This document shows, piece after piece, positions 1-12,353 of a stretch of 64,000 nucleotides of DNA; the first letter of the stretch is position 1, and each line of letters opens with the position of its first letter. The translations under genes and the position numbers were made by a program. The notes beneath the pieces were generated by a model, which was given only the letters and a program-made list of their open reading frames with translations, had not been told where the DNA came from and did no database searches. Source of the stretch: Leucoraja erinacea (taxonomy: Eukaryota); assembly GCF_028641065.1 (NCBI RefSeq), contig NC_073414.1:2232001-2296000 (forward strand), read 5' to 3'.

Positions 1-82
1 GTGAGTATACATTTACTGAAATGTAAATTAATGCATTTTTGTGTTGTTGCAATTACAGGCTTGCTAATCTACAGCAAGAAAT

Positions 83-850
83 ACACCCCCCCCCCCCCCC
101 CCCCCCCACCCCGCTCCTTCCCCACACGGCTCCCCCGCACACACCACCCTCCCCCGCATCCCCTTCCACCCCCACACACCCCTATCCGCACCCCCTCCCC
201 ACACCCGCCCTTCCCCCCACACACACCCCCTCCCCACGCCCACACCACACACACACCCCCCACAAGGCCACAGGCCCCCCCCACGACACCACCCACCGCA
301 CACATCACCCTCCCCCCACCCCCCCCCCCCCACACCCCCCACACCACCACATCCCCCTCCCCCCAACACACCCCCCCACCACCCACCCCACACCCCCCTC
401 CCCAAACACACCCCCTCCCACCCACACACACACCCCCCCTCCCACACTCCCACCCCCAACACACCCCTCACCCCACACAACACACCCATCCCCCACCCCC
501 ACCCACCCCACACCCCTCCACCACCCACACCCCTCCCCCCCACCAACACATCCCCACTACCCCACCCACACCCCCCCCTCCCCAAACACACCCCCCTCCC
601 CCACCAACACACCCCCCCTCCCCACACTACCCACACACCCCCTCCCCACGCCCATACTCCCCACACCACCCCCCCTCCCCACACCACCACCCTCACACAC
701 CCCTCACCCCCCCACATGCCCACAGTCCCCCACCCACACACACCTCCCCATGCCCACACCCCCCTTCTCCCCCTCCCCATGCCCACACCCTCCCACCCCC
801 CCCCCCCCCCTCGACTCAACAATGCTTGCTGCACTCCCTCCACCCACACA
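83..850. repeat. Aperiodic C/A-rich low-complexity tract (possible consensus artefact)
   Basis: Almost only C and A with no stable period; grades into a degraded copy of the array spacer near 870-910. The Pro/His-rich ORFs reflect composition only. Confidence 0.8.
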
Positions 851-1117
851 CACAGCCCGCCATAACACAAGAACCCTGCACTTACAAACTGAGACTTGAA
901 AAGTGGCACCAAACCTGGCCTCTCTGTCTACTATTCTTATTTAAGATGTGTCATAGTGATTATGTATGGTGATACATGTATTAAACTGTATACAGAAATG
1001 GATTTCACTTTAGCTGGGTAAATATGACTAATACAGAGCTATTGGACATTTATAAGCATAAGTTCTTACCTTGGTCTTGGCTTTCAGCGTTGCTAGAATG
1101 AAGAGGTTCCTGTCGCT

Positions 1118-2308
1118 TCAATGTGGTCATGGCTGATCATCCCAAATCAGTACCCCGTTCATGCCTTCTCCCCATATCCCCTTGACTCCACTATCTTTAA
1201 GAGCCCTATCTAGCTCTCTCTTGAAAGTATCCAGAGAACCGGCCTCTGTGTGAAAAAGTGTTTCCTCGTCTCTGTTCTAAATGGCTTACTCCTTATTCTT
1301 AAACTGTGTGGCGCCTGGTTCTGGACTCCCCCAACATCGAGAACATTTTTCCTGTCTCTTGAGTGTCCAAACCCTTAACAATATTATATGTTTTAATAAG
1401 ATCCCCTTTCATCTTTCTAAACTCTAGAGTGTACCAGCCCAGCCGCTCCATTCTCTCAGCATATGTCAGTCCCGCCATCCCGGGAATTAACCTTGTGAAC
1501 CTACGCTGCACTCCCTCAATAGCAAGAATGTCCTTCCTCAAATTTGGAGACCAAAACGGCACACAATAGTCCAGGTGTGGTCTCACTAGGCCCCTGTACA
1601 ACTGCAGAAGGACCTCTTTGCTCCTATACTCAACTCCTCTTGTTATGAAGGCCAACACGCCATTTGCTTTCTTCACTGCCTGCTGTACCTGCATGCTTAC
1701 TTTCATTGACTGATGAACAAGGACCCCCAGATCCCATTGTACTTCCCCTTTTCCCAACTTGACACCATTGAGATAATAATCTGCATTCCTGTTTTTGCTA
1801 CCAAAGTGGATAATCTCACATTTATCCACATTAAACTGCATCTGCCATGCTTCTGCCCACTCACCCAACCTGTCCAAGTCACCCTGCATCCTCCTCACAG
1901 TTCACACTGCCGCCCAGCTTTGTGTCATCTGCAAATTTGCTAATGTTACTTGTAATCCTTGCATCTGAATCATTAATATATATTTAAAATAGCTGTGGTC
2001 CCTGCATCGAGCCTTGCGGTACCACACTAGTCACTGCCATTCTGAAAGGGACCCGTTAATCCCTACTCTTTGTTTCCTGTCTGCCAACCAATTCTCTATC
2101 CATGTCAGCACACTATCCCCAATATCATGTGCCCTCATTTTGCCCACTACGTGGGACCTTATCAAATGCTTTCTGAAAGTCCAGGTACACTACATCCACT
2201 AGCTCTCCCTTGTCCATTTTCCTAGTTTCATCCTCAAAATATTCCAGAAGATTAGTCAAGTGTGATTTCCCCTTCGTAAATCCATGCTGACTCGGACCGA
2301 TCCTGTTA
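1118..2308 (-). mobile_element. CR1/HER1-type LINE, 3' part of ORF2 and 3' UTR (unit 1)
   Basis: WQMQFNVDKC, LYRGLVRPHLDYC and [13 protein letters not shown] motifs, with frameshifts. Confidence 0.92.
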
Positions 2309-2507
2309 AGGGCCAGTCCACCTTGGGGGACATTTTTGTCGACAGCCTGAAGAGGTTGTCGCGTCGTGACACGTGTAGTGACGCGCGGTGTCTCCCTGTC
2401 CCCCCTGGATTTTGGAATGTTCAAAATCCAGGGGCGATATCTGGGTGCCTCATCATGCCATGCGCCCTGTCACACGCTGACCTATGTTGTCCTGCGTGTG
2501 ACGCCCA

Positions 2508-3548
2508 GTTAGGGTTAGTGACCACAGATGGACTGTAAAATATTCTTCCTTCAATGCATGGATATTAACATTAATATATTAAACTTAATACAATAAATCA
2601 ATTGTGCAAATGAAAAGATGTCTGATTATTCAGTTTTATTTACAGATGTATTGGTCCGTTTCCATATCCAATCACCATCTTTAACTTTTCACAGGGATGG
2701 ATTCAGTGAGTGTAGACTGAACTCCCCTTTCCCCTCCACCCCCCATCCCTCCTTCTCCACTACCCACGCTACCCTTCTCCCCTCCCCTCTCCCCCCCATT
2801 TTCTTCCCTTCCCCAGCTTCATCCCTTCTCCCCGCTCCACTCTTCTCTGCCTTCTCCACTACCCCCCTACCCTCACATCACCTTCTCCCCCTCTCCCTCC
2901 CTTCTCCCATTCTCCACCCCCCCACTTTCCCCGACGGCCCCATTTGTGGACCCAGCCTGTGACCAGTCAATACCCGAACACTATCCCACACACGCCAAGG
3001 ACAATTTATACTTATAACAAGCCTATCAACCTAGAGTTAGTGTTAGGGTTAGTGTTACGGTTAGGGTTAGAGCTAGAGTTATTGCTAGGGTTAGAGTTAG
3101 GTTCATGGTCAGGGTTAGAGCTAGAGTTATTGCTAGGGTTAGAGTTAGGTTCATGGTCAGGGTTAGTGCTAGAGTTATTGCTAGTGTTAGAGTTATGGTT
3201 AGGTTTATGGCCAGTGTTGGTGTTAGGGTTAGCGTTACGGTTAGGGTTATGGCCAGCGTTAGGACTAGGGTTTGTATAAATTGTCCCTAGCGTGTATTGG
3301 ACAATTTCTCCTAAAGCCATGTTTTCTCCAGGGAGGCTAGAGAGATAACAGAATGATCTCTTGAACGATATAATAATCGGCCATTACAATCTGGAAACGG
3401 ACCAATACATCTGTAAATAAAACTGAATGATCAGATCTTTTCATTGGCACAATTGATTTTATTGTATTAATTTTAATATATTAATGTTTAATATCCATGT
3501 ATTGAACGAAGAATATTTTACAGCGCATCTGTGGTCCCTAACCCTAAC
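2508..3548. mobile_element. Unclassified inverted-repeat element with telomere-like ends (unit 1)
   Basis: ~160 bp inverted arms (2508-2668 and 3390-3548) starting GTTAGGGTTAG and ending CCCTAACCCTAAC; internal degenerate TTAGGG tract. Confidence 0.75.
3036..3272 (+). repeat. Degenerate interstitial (TTAGGG)n-like hexamer tract
   Basis: TTAGGG, TTAGTG, TTAGAG and TTATGG hexamers in register. Confidence 0.85.
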
Positions 3549-3909
3549 TAGGCGTCACCCGCAGAACAGCATACATAGAAAATAGGTGCAGGAGTAGAGG
3601 CCATTCGGCCCTTCGAGCCTGCACCGCCATTCGATATGATCATGGCTGATCATCCAACTCAGTATCCTGTACCTGCCTTCTCTCCATACCCCCTGATCCC
3701 TTATGCCACAAGGGCCACATCTAACTCCCTCTTAAATATATCCAATGAACTGTGGCCTCAACTACCTTCTGTGGCAGAGAATTCTACAGATTCACCACTC
3801 TCTGTGTGAAAATACGTCAGCGTGTATGTTGTACAACTTGACGGTTATACGGGCATCAGTCACTGACGCTCGCAGTCGCCAAATAAATTGCAAAGTGGGA
3901 CAGGCCCTG

Positions 3910-5507
3910 TTACTGCTATCCAAATATGCCGCTATTTCATCTTTTATAATTGACTCCAGCATCTTCCCCACCACCCATGTCAGGCTAACTGGTCTATAAT
4001 TCCGTTTTCTCTCTCCCGTCTTTCTTAAAAAGTGGGATAACATTAGCTACCCTCCAATCCACAGGAACTGATCCCGAATCCATACAACATTGGAAAATTA
4101 TCACCAATGTGTCCATGATTTCTAGAGCCTCTTCCTTAAGTACCCAGGGATGCAGAACATCAGGCCCTGGGGATTTATCAGCCTTCAGTCCCATCAGTCT
4201 ACCCAACACCATTTCCTGCCTAATGTGGATTTCCTTCAGTTCCTCAGTCACCCCAGATCCTCTGGCCACTAGTTCATCAGGAAGATTGTTTGTGTCTTCC
4301 TTAGTGAAGACAGATCCAAAATACCTGTTCAACTCATCTGCCATTTCCTTGTTCCCCATAATAAATTCACCCTTTTCAGTCTTCAAGGGTCCAACTTTAG
4401 TCTTAACTATTTTTTCCTCTTCACATACCTAAAGAAGCTTTTACTATCCTCCTTTATATTATTGTGTATCTTATCTTCATACCTCATCTTTTCTCCCCGT
4501 ATTGCCTTTTTAGTTATCTTCTGTTGCTCTTTAAATGTTACCCAATCCTCTGGCTTCCCGCTCATCTTTGCTATGTTATACTTCTCTTTTATTTTTATAC
4601 TGTCCCTGACTTCCCTTGTCAGCCACGGTTGCCCCTTACACCCCTTGGAATCTTTCTTCCTATTTGGAATGAACTGCACCTGCACCTTCTGTATTATTCC
4701 CAGAAATACCTGCCATTGTTGTTCCACTGTCATCCCTGCTAGGGTATCTTTCCAGTCAACTTTGGCCAGCTCCTCCCTCATGGCTCCATAGTCCCCTTTG
4801 TTCAACTGTAATACTGACACCTCCGATTCTCCCTGGTTGGCTCCAGTACAAGCTGCTCTAAGAATCCATCACGGAGGCACTCCACAAACTCCCTTTCTTG
4901 GGGTCCAGTACCAACCTGATTTTCCCAGTCTACCTGCATGTTGAAATCTCCCATAACAACCGTAGTATTACCTTTACGACATGCCAATTTTAACACTTGA
5001 TTCAATTTGCACCCTATATCCAGGCTACTATTTGGGGGCCTGTAGATGTCCTATTAGGGATTTTTCCCCTTACAATTCCTCAGTTCTATCCATACTGACT
5101 CTACATCTCCTGAATCTATCTCATCACTCGCAAGGGACTGAATTTCATTCCTCACCAACAGAGCTACCCCACCCCCTCTGCCCACCTGCCTGTCTTTTTG
5201 ATCGGACGTATACCCTTGAATATTCAGTTCCCAGCCCTGGTCCTCTTGCAGCCATGTCTCTGTAGTTCCCACAATATCATACTTGCCAATTTCTAACTGA
5301 GCCTCAAGCTCCACTGTATTTTTTATATTTCGCGCATTAATATAGAACACTTTATCTTTGATATTCACCTCCCCTCTCACACCGGTCACTATTGGCCCTG
5401 ACCTTACTCTCTTATCCCTTCTCGAACTTTCCTTCCCATTAATTCGGGAGTCTTTTGTAACTTTTCCTGTACTTGCTTTCCCTTTAACTCTATCTTTATG
5501 CTCCCAA
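3910..5507 (-). mobile_element. CR1 LINE 5' part of ORF2 (APE endonuclease and linker), unit 1
   Basis: YINARNI, ETWL, GGGVALLVR, VVMGDFN, KSPGPDVLHP and NYRPVSLT motifs. Confidence 0.92.
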
Positions 5508-5668
5508 TTCACTCCACTACTCATGGGGAAACTGTCCGAAGTAGCACCATCACATTGCACTGTAGATGCATGTTCTTGTGGAAGGACTGAGTGAGGTTTA
5601 GAAGATGTGGTGGACATCCAATCATCTCCAATACCTGGTAGAGCCACGTCTGTGGACAGAATCGAAGG
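5508..5668 (-). mobile_element. RTE-clade RT fragment, 5' half
   Basis: With two frameshifts reads FDSVHRRG-LYQVLEMIGCPPHLLNLTQSFHKNM-STVQCDGATSDSFPMSSGV, the RTE RT region preceding GVKQG. Confidence 0.75.
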
Positions 5669-5919
5669 ACAGAACATAGCACTTACAAACAGACTTGAAT
5701 AATGGCACCAAACCTGGCCTCTCTGTCAACCATCTCAATCTACTACTGTTATACACTTGTACCGTTTCCAAGATGCTTATTTAAGATGTGTCATAGTGAT
5801 TATGTATGGTGATACATGTGTCACCATAAATGTATACAGTATAAACTGTATACAGAAATGAATTTCACTTTAGCTCAGTAAATATGACTAATACAGAACC
5901 ATTGAACATTTATAAGCAT

Positions 5920-6079
5920 AAGTTCTTACCTTGGTCTTGGCTTTCAGCGTTGCTAGAATGAAGAGGTTCCTGTCGCTTCTAGTGTGAAGATTCGCTCCTT
6001 CCGTGTCAGTCGTGAAGACAAAAGAGGGCAGATAGGAAGATGCCGAACAGCATGGGAGCTGGGACACAACCTTGCTTCA
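5920..6079 (-). mobile_element. RTE-clade RT fragment, 3' half
   Basis: KQGCVPAPMLFGIFLSA...DTEGANLHTRSDRNLFILATLKAKTKVR; repeated near 1062, 10779, 15181 and 18915. Confidence 0.8.
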
Positions 6080-9000
6080 GTAGGCAATAGGTGCAGGAGT
6101 AGGCCATTCGGCCCTTTGAGCCAGCACTGCCATTCAATGTGATCATGGCAGATCATCCTGCACAATCAGTACCCCTTTCCTGCCTTCTCCCCATATCCCC
6201 TTGACTACGTTATCTTTAAGAGCCCGATCTAGCTCTCTCTAGAAAGTATCAAGAGAACCTGCCTCCACCGCCCTCTGAAGCAGAGAATTCCAAAACTCTG
6301 TGTGAAAAAGTGTTTCCCCATCTCCGTTCTAAATGGCTTACCCCTTATTCTTAAACTGTGGCCCCTGGTTCTGGACTCCCCCAACATCGGGAACATATTT
6401 TCTGCCTCTAGAGTGTCCAAACGCTTAATAATCTTATATGTTTCAATAAGATCCCCTGTCATCCTTCAAAATTCTAGAGAATACAATCCCAGCCATTCCA
6501 ATCTCAGCATATGACAGTCCCGCCATCTCCAGAATTCACCTTGTGAACCTATGCTGCACTCCCTCAATAGAAAGAATGTCCTTCCTCAAATTTGTAGACC
6601 ATAACTGCACACAATACTCCAGGTATGGTCTCACTAGGGCCCTGTACACCTGCAGAAGGACCTCTTTGCTCCTATACTCAACTCCTCTTGTTATGAAGGC
6701 CAACACGCCATTTGCTTTCTTCACTGCCTGCTGTACCTGCATGCTTACTTTCATTGACTGATCAACAAGGACCCCCAGATCCCATTAACTTCCCCTTTTC
6801 CCAACTTGACACCATTGAGATAATAATCTGCATTCCTGTTTTTGCTACCAAAGTGGATAACCTCACATTTATCCACATTAAACTGCATCTGCCATGCTTC
6901 TGCCCAATCACCCAACCTGCCCAAGTCACCCTGCATCCTCATAGCATCCTCCTCACAGTTCACACTGCCGCCCAGCTTTGTGTCATCTGCAAATTTGCTA
7001 ATGTTACTTGTAATCCTTGCATCTGAATCATTAATATATATTTAAAATAGCTGCGGTCCCTGCATCGAGCCTTGCGGTACCCCACTAGTCACTGCCATTC
7101 TGAAAGGGACCCGTTAATCCCTACTCTTTGTTTCCTGTCTGCCAACCAATTTTCTATCCATGTCAGCACACTATCCCCAATATCATGTGCCCTCATTTTG
7201 CCCACTACGTGGGACCTTATCAAATGCTTTCTGAAAGTCCAGGTACACTACATCCACTAGCTCTCCCTTGTCCATTTTCCTAATTTCATCCTCAAAATAT
7301 TCCAGAAGATTAGTCAAGTGTGATTTCCCCTTCGTAAATCCATGCTGACTCGGACCGATCCTGTTAAGGGCCAGTCCACCTTGGGGGACATTTTTGTCGA
7401 CAGCCTGAAGAGGTTGTGGCGTCGTGACACGTGTAGTGACGCGCGGTGTCTCCCTGTCCCCCCTGGATTTTGGAATGTTCAAAATCCAGGGGCGATATCT
7501 GGGTGCCTCATCATGCCATGCGCCCTGTCACACGCTGACCTATGTTGTCCTGCGTGTGACGCCCAGTTAGGGTTAGTGACCACAGATGGACTGTAAAATA
7601 TTCTTCCTTCAATGCATGGATTTTAAACATTAATATATTAAACTTAATACAATAAATCAATTGTGCAAATGAAAAGATGTCTGATCATTCAGTTTTATTT
7701 ACAGATGTATTGGTCCGTTTCCATATCCAATCACCATCTTTAACTTTTCACAGGGGTGGATTCAGTGAGTGTAGACTGAACTCCCCTTTCACCTCCACCG
7801 CCCTCCATCCACACCCCTCCTTCTCCACTACCCCCCTCCCCTCACATCACCTTCTCCCCCTCTCCCTCTCTTCTCCCATTCTCCATCCCCCACTTTCCCC
7901 GACGGCCCCCATTTGTGGACCCAGCCTGTGACCAGTCAATACCCGAACACTATCCCACACACGCCAAGGACAATTTATACTTATAACAAGCCTATCAACC
8001 TGGAGTTAGTGTTAGGGTTAGTGTTAGGTTCATGGTCAGGGTTAGTGCTAGAGTTATTGCTAGTGTTAGAGTTATGGTTAGGTTTATGGCCAGTGTTAGG
8101 GTTAGCGTTACGGTTAGGGTTATGGCCAGCGTTAGGACTAGGGTTTGTATAAATTGTCCCTAGCGTGTATGGGACAATTTCTCCTAAAGCCATGTTTTCT
8201 CCAGAGAGGCTAGAGAGATAACAGAATGATCTCTTGAACGATATAATAATCGGCCATTACAATCTGGAAACGGACCAATACATCTGTAAATAAAACTGAA
8301 TGATCAGACATCTTTTCATTTGCACAATTGATTTTATTGTATTAATTTTAATATATTAATGTTTAAAATCCATGTATTGAAGGAAGAATATTTTACATCC
8401 CATCTGTGGTCCCTAACCCTAACCGGGCATCACCCGCAGAACAACAAACATAGATAATAGGTGCAGGAGTAGAGGCCATTCGACCCTTCAAGCCTGCACC
8501 ACCATTCAAGATGATCATGGCTGATCATCCAACTCAGTATCCTGTACCTGCCTTCTCTCCATACCCCCTGATCCCTTTAGCCACAAGGGCCACATCTAAC
8601 TCCCTCTTAAATATATCCAATGAACTGTGGCCTCAACTACCTTCTGTGGCAGAGAATTCTACAGATTCACCACTCTCTGTGTGAAAATACGTCAGTGTGT
8701 ATGTTGTACAAGTTGACGTTATACGGGCATCAGTCACTGACGCTCGCAGTCGCCAAATAAATTGCAAAGTGGGACGGGCCATGTACTGCTATCCAAATGT
8801 GCCGCTATTTCATCTTTTATAATTGACTCCAGCATCTTCCCCACCACCCATGTCAGGCTGACTGGTCTATAATTCCGTTTTCTCTCTCCCGTCTTTCTTA
8901 AAAAGTGGGATAACATTAGCTACCCTCCAATCCACAGGAACTGATCCCGAATCCATACAACATTGGAAAATTATCACCAATGCGTCCCCAATTTCTAGAG

Positions 9001-10381
9001 CCTCTTCCTTAAGTACCCAGGGATGCAGACCATCTGGCCCTGGGGATTTATCAGCCTTCAGACCCATCAGTTTACCCAACACCATTTCCTGCCTAATGTG
9101 GATTTCCTTCAGTTCCTCAGTCACCCCAGATCCTCTGGCCACTAGTACTTCAGGAAGATTGTTTGTGTCTTCCTTAGTGAAGACAGATCCAAAGTACCTG
9201 TTCAACTCATCTGCCATTTCCTTGTACCCCATAATAAATTCACCCTTTTCAGTCTTCAAGGGTCCAACTTTGGTCTTTACTATTTTTTTTCCTCTTCACT
9301 TCAAGAAGCTTTTACTATCTTCCATTATATTATTGTGTATCTTATCTTCATACCTCATCTTTTCTCCCCATATTGCCTTTTTAGTTATCTTCTGTTGCTC
9401 TTTAAATGTTACCCAATCCTCTGGCTTCCCGCTCATCTTTGCTATGTTATACTTCTCTTTTATTTTTATACTGTCCCTGACTTCCCTTGTCAGCCACGGT
9501 TGCCCCTTACACCCCTTGGAATCTTTCTTCCTATTTGGAATGAACTGCACCTGCACCTTCTGTATTATTCCCAGAAATACCTGCCATTGTTGTTCCACTG
9601 TCATCCCTGCTAGGGTATCTTTCCAGTCAACTTTGGCCAGCTCCTCCCTCATGGCTCCATAGTCCCCCTTGTTCAACTGTAATACTGACACCTCCGATTC
9701 TCCCTGGTTGGTTCCAGTATAAGTTGCTCTAAGAATCCATCATGGAGGCCCTCCACAAACTCCCTTTCTTGGGGTCCAGTACCAACCTGATTTTCCCAGT
9801 CTACCTGCATGTTGAAATCTCCCATAACAACCGTAGTATTACCTTTACGACATGTCAATTTTAACTCTTGATTCTATTTGCACCTTATATCCAGGCCACT
9901 ATTTGGGGGCCTGTAGATGTCCTATTAGGGATTTTTCCCCTTACAATTCCTCAGTTCTATCCATACTGACTCTACATCTCCTGAATCTATCTCATCACAC
10001 GCATGGGACTGAATTTCATTCCTCACCAACAGAGCTACCCCACCCCCTATGCCCACCTGCCTGTCTTTTTGGTAGGACGTATACCCTTGAATATTCAGTT
10101 CCCAGCCCTGGTCCTCTTGCAGCCATGTCTCTGTAGTTCCCACAACATCATACTTGCTAATTTCTAACTGAGCCTCAAGCTCGTCCACTTTATTTCTTAT
10201 ATTTCGCGCATTAATATAGAACACTTTATCTTTGATATTCACCTCCCCTCTCACACCGGTTACTATTGGCCCTGACCTTACTCTCTTATCCCTTCTCGAA
10301 CTTTCCTTCCCATTAATTCGAGAGTCTTTTGTAACTTTTCCTGTACTTGCTTTCCCTTTAAGTCTATCTTTATGCTCCCAA
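6080..10381 (-). mobile_element. CR1 LINE of unit 2, with nested Harbinger-like element (7367-8780)
   Basis: Same layout as unit 1; flanked by TTCA at 6076-6079 and 10382-10385 inside the RTE GVK codons. Confidence 0.88.
7566..8423. mobile_element. Inverted-repeat element with telomere-like ends (unit 2)
   Basis: Same arms as 2508-3548, with a shorter internal TTAGGG-like tract (8005-8144). Confidence 0.75.
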
Positions 10382-10930
10382 TTCACTCCACTACTCATGG
10401 GGAAACTGTCCGAAGTAGCACCATCACATTGCACTGTAGATGCATGTTCTTGTGGAAGGACTAAGTGAGGTTTAGAAGATGTGGTGGACATCCAATCATC
10501 TCCAATACCTGGTAGAGCCACGCCTGTGGATAGAATCGAAGGACAGAACATAGTACTTACAAACAGACTTGAAGAATGGCACCAAACCTGGCCCCTCTGT
10601 CAACCATCTCAATCTACTACTGTTATACACTTGTACCGTTTCCAAGATGCTTATTTAAGATGTGTCATAGTGATTATGTATGGTGATACATGTATTAAAC
10701 TGTATACAGAAATGAATTTCACTTTAGCTCAGTAAGTATGACTAATACAGAACCATTGAACATTTATAAGCATAAGTTCTTACCTTGGTCTTGGCTTTCA
10801 GCGTTGCTAGAATGAAGAGGTTCCTGTCGCTTCCAGTGTGAAGATTCGCTCCTTCTGTGTCAGTCGTGAAGACAAAGGGCAGATAGGAAGATGCCGAACA
10901 GCATGGGAGCTGGGACACAACCTTGCTTCA

Positions 10931-12159
10931 GTAGGCAATAGGTGCAGGAGTAGGCCATTCGGCCCTTTGAGCCAGCACCGCCATTCAATGTGATCATGGC
11001 AGATCATCCTGAACAATCAGTACCCCTTTCCTGCCTTCTCCCCATATCCCCTTGACTGCGTTATCTTTAAGAGCCCAATCTAGCTCTCTCTAGAAAGTAT
11101 CCAGAGAACCTGCCTCCACCGCCCTCTGAAACAGAGAATTCCAAAACTCTTGTGTGAAAAAGTGTTTCCCCATCTCCGTTTTAAATGGCTTACCCCTTAT
11201 TCTTAAACTGTGGCCCCTGGTTCTGGACTCCCCCAACATCGGGAACATGTTTTCTGCCTCTAGAGTGTCCAAACCCTTAATAATCTTATATGTTTCAATA
11301 AGATCTCCTCTCATCCTTCTAAATTCTAGAGTATACAAGCCCAGCCATTCCAATCTCAGCATATGACAGTCCCGCCATCTCCAGAATTAACCTTGTGAAC
11401 CTATGCTGCACTCCCTCAATAGAAAGAATGTCCTTCCTCAAATTTGTAGACCAAAACTGCACACAATACTCCAGGTATGGTCTCACTAGGGCCCTGTACA
11501 CCTGCAGAAGGACCTCTTTGCTCCTATTCACAACTCCGCTTGTTATGAAGGTCAACATGCCATTCGCTTTCTTCACTGCCTGCTGTACCTGCATGCTTAC
11601 TTTCATTGACTGATGAACAAGGACCCCCAGATCCCATTGTACTTCCTCTTTTCCCAACTTGACACCATTGAGATAATAATCTGCCTTCCTGTTTTTGCTA
11701 CCAAAGTGGATAACCTCACATTTATCCACATTAAACTGCATCTGCCATGCTTCTGCCCAATCACCCAACCTATCCAGGTCACCCTGCATCCTCCTCACAG
11801 TTCACACTGCCGCCCAGCTTTGTGTCATCTGCAAATTTGCTAATGTTACTTGTAATCCTTGCATCTGAATCATTAATATATATTTAAAATAGCTGTGGTC
11901 CCTGCATCGAGCCTTGCGGTACCTCACTAGTCACTGCCATTCTGAAAGGGACCAGTTAATCCCTACTCTTTGTTTCCTGTCTGCCAACCAATTTTCTATC
12001 CATGTCAGCACACTATCCCCAATATCATGAGCCCTCATTTTGCCCACTACGTGGGACCTTGTCAAATGCTTTCTGAAAGTCCAGGTACACTACATCCACT
12101 AGCTCTCCCTTGTCCATTTTCCTAGTTTCATCCTCATAATATTCCAGAAGATTAGTCAA
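10931..12159 (-). mobile_element. CR1 3' part, unit 3 (cut by the gap)
   Basis: ORF 11319-11798 matches 1299-1898. Confidence 0.9.
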
Positions 12160-12259
12160 NNNNNNNNNNNNNNNNNNNNNNNNNNNNNNNNNNNNNNNNN
12201 NNNNNNNNNNNNNNNNNNNNNNNNNNNNNNNNNNNNNNNNNNNNNNNNNNNNNNNNNNN
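12160..12259. other. Assembly gap (100 N)
   Basis: Run of N. Confidence 1.
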
Positions 12260-12353
12260 TATTAATGTTTAAAATCCATGTATTGAAGGAAGAATATTTT
12301 ACAGCCCATCTGTGGTCCCTAACCCTAACCGAGCGTCACCCGCAGGACAACAT

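Larger units (their letters stand above)
2309..3908. mobile_element. PIF/Harbinger-like non-autonomous element nested in CR1 (unit 1)
   Basis: Termini AGGGCCAGTCCAC and GTGGGACAGGCCCT; TTA at 2306-2308 and 3910-3912; interrupts the CR1 peptide LDSSN/RIGPSQHGF. Confidence 0.7.

Noticed and set aside
1-82. GTGAGT...TTACAG mini-intron followed by LANLQQEI
   Set aside because: Only 58 nt, no context, and runs into low-complexity sequence.
1-972. 323-aa Pro/His-rich ORF and overlapping ORFs
   Set aside because: Open only because the C/A tract lacks stop codons; may be a consensus artefact.
3012-3320. Asn-Pro repeat protein, or a true telomere
   Set aside because: Translation of degenerate CCCTAA hexamers internal to a repeat unit.
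5054-5677. 207-aa ORF as a novel endonuclease fusion or a repeated host exon
   Set aside because: Chance read-through from a frameshifted RTE fragment into CR1 sequence; the apparent splice sites lie in RTE codons.
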